Of a stretch of DNA of 64,000 nucleotides, positions 57,054 through 64,000 are shown in pieces. Each line of letters begins with the position of its first letter. The stretch's first letter is position 1. The notes beneath the pieces were generated by a model that saw only the letters and a program-made list of their open reading frames with translations, searched no databases and was not told where the DNA came from. Source of the DNA: Antedon mediterranea (lineage: Eukaryota; Animalia; Echinodermata). The DNA lies in NCBI RefSeq assembly GCF_964355755.1, contig NC_092670.1, forward strand, positions 28,260,388 to 28,324,387, in the 5' to 3' direction. The translations under genes and the position numbers were made by a program.

Positions 57054-57548
57054 AAAACAGTGTAGTGATCAACCGCATTTTCTTTATGCTTTATTTATCG
57101 CTATTATCGCCGTCGTGTGTGACAAAAACTAAATGTAGCCTACGTCTGTTATTATTATTGAAAAGCCATGTTGATTTTAATTCTAAAATACAGAAAACCG
57201 TTTTAAAAGAGGCCCAGGCCTACTTACTACGTACTATGGTATAACCTCATTATATGAGTTTGTTTGTGTAGGGAAAGCGGATGCCAGGCTGCATGGCCAG
57301 CTAGCTGCATATGTGTGCGCTGATTTCTGTGACTCGTCAGCCCTGGGGCTACACTGCTGTCTAAATCATAGTATTTAAGGGCCCCTTTATTGTCCGAATT
57401 TGCTTGTTGTTTATGGTCACCATTGTAAACAAAGTTTTTAAAAAATAGAGGCCTAAATAGGCCATTTGGAATCAAAATAAAACCCTCATCTGCAGGGCAC
57501 ACACATCCACGCAGCCTGGCGCCGCCGATAGGAATTCTCTACAACAGA

Positions 57549-57696
57549 CGCGATATGAACAAAAAATCCCCAAGTCCTTATACGATGACGTCACACACGT
57601 ACCAGCACCCCATTGGCTGATTATGACGTAATCCAATTTTACCGTACCTTTAGTAAACAGAAGTTAGAATACGGTACCGTATCTTTAGCCACGGCG
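57549..57696 (-). repeat. Right TIR of nested element
   Basis: CGCGATATG...GTTAGAATACGGTACCGTATCTTTAGCCACGGCG. Confidence 0.93.
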
Positions 57697-58813
57697 ATAA
57701 ATAATTATTAATATATAAACCAAATTAAAATAAAATAACTGTTTATTTTTAACACGTAAACATGTCTATTCGGGGGCCTGAGTGACAGTTGACCTGTTAT
57801 AAAACTGATTAATTACTTGTTCCTGGTCCTAATTAAAAATTAGGCCTAGCCTAGGCCTAAGCTTTTTTAATAATCATTCATATTGGGAGAGAGGAGTACA
57901 GAGTAGGCCAGGTTACAGGCCTAGCTAGGCCTATACTATATATAGGCTAGGCTACATCATTAGCAGGTTAAAGGCTAGCAGCCTACCTAGCATGTCTTAG
58001 TCAAAGATCTGTAATATATTAATAGAAAGAAGCTATAGAGTACTGTGACATTAGATATTTAATCATAAATGCATATTTCTTTCATATTTGTATTGTATAT
58101 TTATTATTTTGATATGCAATCACAATCTAAATCAGTAAATAACATCAATTTCCGTTATCAATAAATAATTATTAATATATAAACCAAATTAAAATAAAAT
58201 AACTGTTTATTTTTAACACGTAAACATGTCTATTCGGGGGCCTGAGTGACAGTTGACCTGTTATAAAACTGATTAATTACTTGTTCCTGGTCCTAATTAA
58301 AAATTAGGCCTAGCCTAGGCCTAAGCTTTTTTAATAATCATTCATATTGGGAGAGAGGAGTACAGAGTAGGCCAGGTTACAGGCCTAGCTAGGCCTATAC
58401 TATATATAGGCTAGGCTACATCATTAGCAGGTTAAAGGCTAGCAGCCTACCTAGCATGTCTTAGTCAAAGATCTGTAATATATTAATAGAAAGAAGCTAT
58501 AGAGTACTGTGACATTAGATATTTAATTATAAATGCATATTTCTTTCATATTTGTATTGTATTATATATGCAATCACAGTCTAAGTCAGTAAATAACATC
58601 AATTTCCGTTATCAATCAATAATATATATAAACCAAATTAAAATAAAATAACTTCCTAAAAATTAAATTCAATTACAATTGAATTCATATACCATTTGTT
58701 AAATATTTACAAAATGATTGTTCTAGCAATAACACAAAAAAATACTACCATTCATACAGTATACTGTACATAATAATATGCAATACTGTAACAATTAACT
58801 GAGAAATAGCAAA

Positions 58814-59023
58814 CTATTCCTCAACTTTTCTGCACTTAGTTACCGGCCTAGTTACTTCATGCTGGATCTCAGGTGAAATAAACGTCAGATGTGACTTCAT
58901 GATTTCCCACAAAACTCTTTCCATGGTACTGCTGTCGAGGAATTTATTTTTTCTAAATACCTCGTCCATTTTTGTACATAGAGGTCCAGTTTCAAATCTC
59001 TTGGTTCATACTGTAGTAGTTCG
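58814..59023 (-). pseudogene. Terminal transposase exon with nonsense codon, frameshift and internal deletion
   Basis: Acceptor TATATAG|CGA after a 92-bp AT-rich intron (59115-59024). In-frame TGA at 59008-59006, frameshift near 58942, GNH motif at 58907-58899 joined directly to a C-terminal-like segment, stop TAG at 58816-58814. Confidence 0.75.
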
Positions 59024-59115
59024 CTATATAAAATATATAAAAGAATTATGGCATTAATTTTTATAGTATTGCATGTTTTAGACATAATTTTAAAGGTGTA
59101 TAATGTAGGACTGAC

Positions 59116-59358
59116 CAAGTCTTTGACCTCTTGTTCTTTTAGATTTATTCTGTGGCCAGTCTCTGCAATCTTACTATGCTGTTTTGTCACAAGTGATACT
59201 GAGAGTTCATTTCTTAAATGCTCAAGATTCTCTTCTAAAGACTGGATTTTAATCATTGTACTTTGTAGCATGTCGATATGCTGCAGCTTCTGATTTTCTC
59301 TTTCTGCTAGATGATCACCTGAGATTAAACAATATTGGTCAACCAAATAAATGTCAAT
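59116..59358 (-). pseudogene. Transposase exon (81 codons, open, coiled-coil-like insertion region)
   Basis: Acceptor TTTTTTATGCAG|ATT, donor TTG|GTCAGT; 243 nt, phase 0-0. Heptad-like LQSTMIKIQSLEENLEHLRNEL. This is the N-terminal part of track ORF 58897..59364. Confidence 0.75.
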
Positions 59359-59611
59359 CTGCATAAAAAATGAGCATCAACATTATTATATTTTAAAAAT
59401 GTTAACTATTTCTTGTAGCAGATAATGATAATATATGGATAATTCATAGGAAAATAAGTTCCAGCCAAAGGTTTGCTTTATTATGCATAAAAATAGGATA
59501 AACAATTTTGAAATTCTATGCTCAAATGGACAATGTATATTTAAAGAGCAACTTGACCAATTGAGTTATTATGTAATGTCAATGTAAAGTTGAAACAACA
59601 TTTGAATTTAC

Positions 59612-59664
59612 CAGTCAAGATGTCAGCATCCTGTCGCATGTTGAATATTATAACATATTGACAC
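59612..59664 (-). pseudogene. Short, probably internally deleted transposase exon remnant
   Basis: Acceptor TTTTTCCAG|GTG and donor CTG|GTAAAT. It begins with Val, as expected after ...ELNR, but the expected PxLH motif is not visible. Confidence 0.45.
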
Positions 59665-59855
59665 CTGGAAAAATAGTTGATTGAGGAAATATTTAATAAA
59701 GAAAAGAGGTATATTTATAAATTACTGTAACAATTGTTTGTTTTGACAGTTATTTTATACTAACATTGTTCTTTAATATGAAGTACAAACACACATTTCA
59801 TTATTTGGAGTGTGTATTAAACTTTCTAAAGAGGTGGTTATGATTATTTACCTAC

Positions 59856-60038
59856 CCTGTTTAATTCAACGTCTACCATGTATGGCCTAACAACGCTGTG
59901 CGATATTGTTTTGCTTCTTTTTTATCACTGCCATGGTCTACAAAGACTTGTAGGCCTTGAGATATCTACAGGCTTGAGGAACATTGTTGGTTCTAATGTC
60001 ATCTTGATTACAAAAACAATAGATACAACAGTACTTTC
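59856..60038 (-). pseudogene. Transposase exon remnant with CCxxC zinc-ligand motif
   Basis: Acceptor TTTTTAAAG|GA at 60039/60038 and donor AGG|GTAGGT at 59856/59855. Frameshifts near 59950 and 59897. Confidence 0.75.
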
Positions 60039-60925
60039 CTTTAAAAATAAATCAATTTTTAAATCTACAGTACTTCAGTTTTGTGTCCAAACAAATCCAA
60101 ACAAGAGATCTAATAGCCAAAATATTAAACCATTATTATACTGTACAAATGTATTAATATTAAGGCCTGGCCCTAGCCTAGGGCTAGGCTGTGACTGTCA
60201 CTCAGTCACACCAGCTAGCCTAGAAATGCACCAGGAAAGCAATAATTATTATTATAAACACATGCCATTAATTATTTGGTAACAGTTATAATGATTACAT
60301 TTAGGATTAGGGTAATTAAAGGTTTAACTATTACGAATTTTCTATGTTTCGGCCTAGCTTCATTCTAGGCCCACATTACCGTCACGGTCATCGCGGGCGT
60401 CAACGCACTTTCTAAGCCTATCGCCAAACCGTTTTCTCGCCGATAACAATAACAATGTATAAAAGGGTTGCAAAATATGCGAGTTTTACTAAAAACTGAA
60501 CCAGGCTATATTAACAAAACTAGTATTATTTTGTTTATATAATAATGATGGACTATATTCTAGTTCGTTCTTTTTCTAAAAAAATGAATTATATCCAAAA
60601 AAAAAGTAAAGAATACAATGATATTTTCTACTTACGATTGTTTACTATTTCATTACACAGTTTATCTCAACTTCCTGGTTTATGTGCGGGAGAGTATTTC
60701 AGTAAAATGGACAATATCGTCGTTTATTTATTAATTTATAGTAAAGAAACAATAAAATATTTATTTTTTAATTGAACATACACTTTTTTTAATCGTTTAG
60801 TTTTGTATAAAATGTTTTTACTACATAAAAACTCACGATAGCAAAATTTAATTTGGCGTTCGCGAAATAATGGTTTGTAAACAAAAATTATATGTCCGCG
60901 CGACTCGGGGGGAGCCTCGTCTGCT

Positions 60926-60981
60926 AACACTGAGGGCGCTTGACTTTTTCTTATATCTTAACACTAGTTGAAACAGCTGTG
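60926..60981 (-). repeat. Right (5') bipartite terminal inverted repeat: 14-bp TIR + 21-bp spacer + 21-bp inner box
   Basis: Minus strand reads CACAGCTGTTTCAA (60981-60968), then AAGTCAAGCGCCCTCAGTGTT (60946-60926), which is 16/21 identical to the left inner box. Confidence 0.85.
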
Positions 60982-63900
60982 CTCCAAATGTGATTTGAAG
61001 CTATTCTAAACACTTTGGTGTTTTTATGTTAACAAGTTTTTTCGAAAATCACAAATTGGTCTAAAACGTCTCCAAATGCGATTTGAAGCTATTTTAAGCA
61101 CTTTGGTGTTTTTGTGTAACCAAGTTTTTTCGAAAATCACAAAAGGGTCTAAAATGTCTCAAAATGCGATTTGAAGCTATTCTGTACACTTTGATGTTTT
61201 ATTGTTAACAAGTTTTTTCGAAAGTCACAAAATGGTCTAAAACGTCTCCAAATGCGATTTGAAGCTATTATAAGCACTTTGGTGTTTTTATGTTAACAAG
61301 TTTTTTCGAAAATCACAAAATGGTGTAAAACGTCTCCAAATGCGATTTGAAGCTATTCTAAGCACTTTGGTGTTTTTATGTTAACAAGTTTTTTCGAAAA
61401 TCACAAAATGGTGTAAAACGTCTCCAAATACGATTTTAAGCTATTCTAAGCAATTTGGTGTTTTTATGTTAACAAGTTTTTTCGAAAATCACAAAATGGT
61501 CTAAAACGTCTCCAAATGCGATTTGAAGCTATTCTGTACACTTTGCTGTTTTGTGAGAATAATTTTTGTCGAAATGCTCAAAATGGTCAAAAACGTTTTT
61601 AAATACGATATTAAGCTATTTTTTGCTCTGTGATGTTTTTTTGTGAAAAGTTTTATCGAAATGCTCAAAATGGTCTAAAACGGTTTCTAATGTGATTTTA
61701 AGCACTTTGATGTTTTTATGTTAACAACTTTTTTAGAAAATTACAAAATGGTGTAAAACGTCTCCAAATGCGATTTGAAGCTATTCTAAGCAATTTGGTG
61801 TTTTTATGTTAACAAGTTTTTTCGAAAATCACAAAATGGTCTAAAACGTCTCCAAATGCGATTTGAAGCTATTCTAAGCACTTTTGTGTTTTTATGTTAA
61901 CAAGTTTTTTCGAAAATCACAAAATTGTCTAAAATGTCTCCAAATGCGATTTTAAGGTATTCTAAGCACTTTGGTGTTTTTATGTTAACAAGTTTTTTCG
62001 AAAATCACAAAATGGTCTAAAAAGTCTACAAATGCGATTTGAAGCTATTCTAAGCACTTTGGTGTTTTTATGTTAACAAGTTTTTTCGAAAATCACAAAA
62101 TGGTATAAAACGTCTCCAAATGCGATTTGAAGCTATTTTAAGCACTTTGGTGTTTTTGTGTAACCAAGTTTTTTCGAAAATCACAAAAGGGTCTAAAATG
62201 TCTCAAAATGCGATTTGAAGCTATTCTGTACACTTTGATGTTTTTATGTTAACAACTTTTTTAGAAAATCACAAAATGGTCTAAAACGTCTCCAAATACG
62301 ATTTGAAGCAATTCTAAGCACTTTGGTGTTTTTATGGTAACGAGTTTTTTTGAATATCACAAAATGGTCTAAAATGTCTCCAAATGCGATTTGAAGCTTT
62401 TCTAAGCACTTTGGTGTTTTCATGTTAACAAGTTTTTTCGAAAATCACAAAATGGTCTAAAACGTCTCCAAATGCGATTTGAAGCTATTCTGTACACTTT
62501 GCTGTTTTGTGTGAATAATTTTTGTCGAAATGCTCAAAATGGTCAAAAACGTTTTTAAATACGATATTAAGCTATTTTGTGCTCTTTGATGTTTTTGTGT
62601 GAAAAGTTTTATCGAAATGCTCAAAATGGTCTAAAACGGTTTCTAATGTGATTTTAAGCACTTTGATGTTTTTATGTTAACAACTTTTTTAGAAAATCAC
62701 AAAATGGTCTAAAACGTCTCCAAATGCGATTTGAAGCAATTCTAAGCACTTTGGTGTTTGGCGTTTTTAACGAGTTTTTTTGAATATCACAAAATGGTCT
62801 AAAATGTCTCCAAATGCGATTTGAAGCTTTTCTAAGCACTTTGGTGTTTTTATGTTTACAAGTTTTTTCGAAAATCACAAAATGGTCTAAAACGGCTCCA
62901 AATGCGATTTGAAGCTATTTTAAGCACTTTGCTGTTTTGTGTGAATAATTTTTGTCAAAATGCTCAAAATGGTCAAAAACGTTTTTAAATACTATATTAA
63001 GCTATTTTGTGCTCTTTGATGTTTTTGTGTGAAAAGTTTTATCGAAATGCTCAAAATGGTCTAAAACGGTTTCTAATGTGATTTTAAGCACTTTGATGTT
63101 TTTATGTTAAGAACTTTTTTAGAAAATTACAAAATGGTGTAAAACGTCTCCAAATGCGATTTGAAGCTATTCTAAGCAATTTGGTGTTTTTATGTTAACA
63201 AGTTTTTTCGAAAATCACAAAATGGTCTAAAACGTCTCCAAATGCGATCTGAAGCTATTCTAAGCACTTTTGTGTTTTTATGTTAACAAGTTTTTTCGAA
63301 AATCACAAAATGGTCTAAAATGTCTCCAAATGCGATTTGAAGCTTTTCTAAGCACTTTGGTGTTTTTATGTTTACAAGTTTTTTTCGAAAATCACAAAAT
63401 GGTCTAAAACGTCTCCAAATGCGATTTGAAGCTATTCTGTACACTTTGCTGTTTTGTGTGAATAATTTTTGTCAAAATGCTCAAAATGGTCAAAAACATT
63501 TTTAAAAACTATATTAAGCTATTTTGTGTTCTTTGATGTTTTTGTGTGAAAAGTTTTTTCGAAATGCTCAAAATGGTCTAAAACGGTTTCTAATGTGATT
63601 TTAAGCACTTTGATGTTTTTATGTTAACAACTTTTTTAGAAAATTACAAAATGGTCTAAAACGTCTCCAAATGCGATTTGAAGCTATTCTAAGCACTTTG
63701 GTGTTTTTATGGTAATTTATTTCGAAAATCACAAAATGGTCTAAAACATCTCCAAATGCGATTTTAAGCTATTCTAAGCACTTTGGTGTTTTTATGTTAA
63801 CAAGTTTTTTCGAAAATCACAAAAATAGTCTAAAACGTCTCCAAATGCGATTTGAAGCTATTCTAAGCACTTTGGTGTTTTTATGTTAACAAGTTTTTTC

Positions 63901-64000
63901 GAAAATCACAAAATGGTGTAAAACGTCTCCAAATGCGATTTGAAGCTATTGTAAGCACTTTGGTGTTTTTATGTTAACAAGTTTTTTTGAAAATCACAAA
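60982..64000 (+). repeat. 88-bp satellite DNA array (right arm), same family and orientation
   Basis: Resumes at CTCCAAATGTGATTTGAAGCTATTCTAAACAC, in exact register with the monomer broken at 55512, and runs off the window end. Confidence 0.98.

Larger units (their letters stand above)
56906..57696. mobile_element. Nested non-autonomous Mutator-like (MULE) element / MITE, 791 bp
   Basis: 148-bp TIRs (56906-57053, 57549-57696), about 8 differences by eye. Flanked by ATAAATAAT at 56897-56905 and 57697-57705. The empty site TCAATAAATAATTATT is present in repeat copies 1 and 3. Long TIRs plus a 9-bp TSD fit MULE. The boundary could shift 1-2 bp outward (giving a 7- or 5-bp TSD) because the flanking AT is self-complementary. 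Confidence 0.85.
56049..58653 (+). repeat. Internal tandem repeat, 4 copies of a ~464-bp unit (copy 2 interrupted by nested element)
   Basis: Marker AACACGTAAACATG at 56061, 56487, 57751 and 58215. Spacings are 426, 1264 (=464+800) and 464. The unit is rich in AGGCCT/CCTAGG/TAGCTA motifs followed by an AT-rich half. Confidence 0.95.
58814..60038 (-). pseudogene. Spliced, decayed Chapaev/RAG1-Transib-like DDE transposase pseudogene (four recognisable exon remnants)
   Basis: Manual minus-strand translation with GT-AG boundaries. Exon 60038-59856: GKYCCIYCFCNQDDIRTNNVPQACRYLKAY / VFVDHGSDKKEAKQY / HSVVRPYMVDVELNR (2 frameshifts). Remnant 59664-59612 starts VSI. Exon 59358-59116: IDIYLVDQY...EQEVKDL. 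Exon 59023-58814: RTTTV*TKRFETGPLCTKMDEVFRKNK / IPRQQYHGKSFVGNH / IMKSHLTFISPEIQHEVTRPVTKCRKVEE*. The order CxxC, GP, RQxYHGxSFVGNH and basic C-terminus matches what I recall for Chapaev-type transposases. Confidence 0.8.
55513..60981 (-). mobile_element. Chapaev-like (CMC / Transib-RAG1-related) DNA transposon, non-autonomous, 5,469 bp
   Basis: Left end CACAGCTGTTCCAA; right end reverse-complements to CACAGCTGTTTCAA (13/14). Flanking direct repeat CTCC at 55509-55512 and 60982-60985; removing the element and one CTCC restores a normal monomer. 5'-CAC...GTG-3' termini with a 4-bp TSD are the described Chapaev hallmarks. Transposase remnants lie on the minus strand. Confidence 0.88.

Noticed and set aside
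56966-57244. 92-aa plus-strand ORF in the nested element
   Set aside because: Starts at a TTG inside the TIR and shows no MULE transposase motifs.
58897-59364. 155-aa ORF as a single intact CDS
   Set aside because: It reads through a 92-bp AT-rich GT-AG intron (59115-59024) and then continues in the wrong frame. The conserved GP and RQQYHGKSFVGNH motifs are in the other two frames.
59048-60282. Plus-strand ORFs 59048..59293 and 59878..60282
   Set aside because: Antisense shadows of transposase exons and introns with no recognisable domain.
60545-60930. ORFs 60545..60775 (+) and 60736..60930 (-)
   Set aside because: Short, AT-biased (K/Y/F/I/L-rich) frames in subterminal DNA with no motif support.
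55513-60981. Calling the element a true ProtoRAG/RAG transposon or Transib
   Set aside because: The TSD is 4 bp (CTCC), not the 5 bp typical of RAG/Transib. There is no ACAAAAACC nonamer, no RAG2-like sequence was seen, and the motifs fit the Chapaev type better.
62672-62878. 68-aa minus-strand ORF
   Set aside because: Satellite translation opened by a local slippage variant.
1-64000. Strand inversion within the satellite
   Set aside because: All monomers read in the same orientation on both sides of the insertion, and no head-to-head junction was seen.

Overview
Eukaryotic (probably invertebrate animal) heterochromatin. About 58.5 kb of the 64 kb is one head-to-tail, single-orientation, AT-rich satellite with an 88-bp monomer. 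It is organised into variable-length higher-order repeats anchored on a conserved divergent cassette (variant 88-mer + 87-mer + 78-mer). The array is interrupted once, at 55513-60981, by a 5,469-bp DNA transposon with CACAG...CTGTG termini, 14-bp TIRs and a 4-bp CTCC target-site duplication. Its minus strand carries a spliced, frameshifted, internally deleted transposase pseudogene with Chapaev/Transib/RAG1-type motifs (GKYCCIYC, GPLC...RQQYHGKSFVGNH). The most notable signal is at the element ends: a second conserved 21-bp box lies 11 bp from the TIR at one end and 21 bp from it at the other, one helical turn apart, recalling the 12/23 RSS geometry. The element also contains a 4-copy ~464-bp tandem repeat, and one copy holds a nested 791-bp Mutator-like non-autonomous element (148-bp TIRs, 9-bp TSD). 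No intact gene, RNA gene or CRISPR array is supported. All alignments were made by eye and family assignments come from remembered motifs, not database searches.
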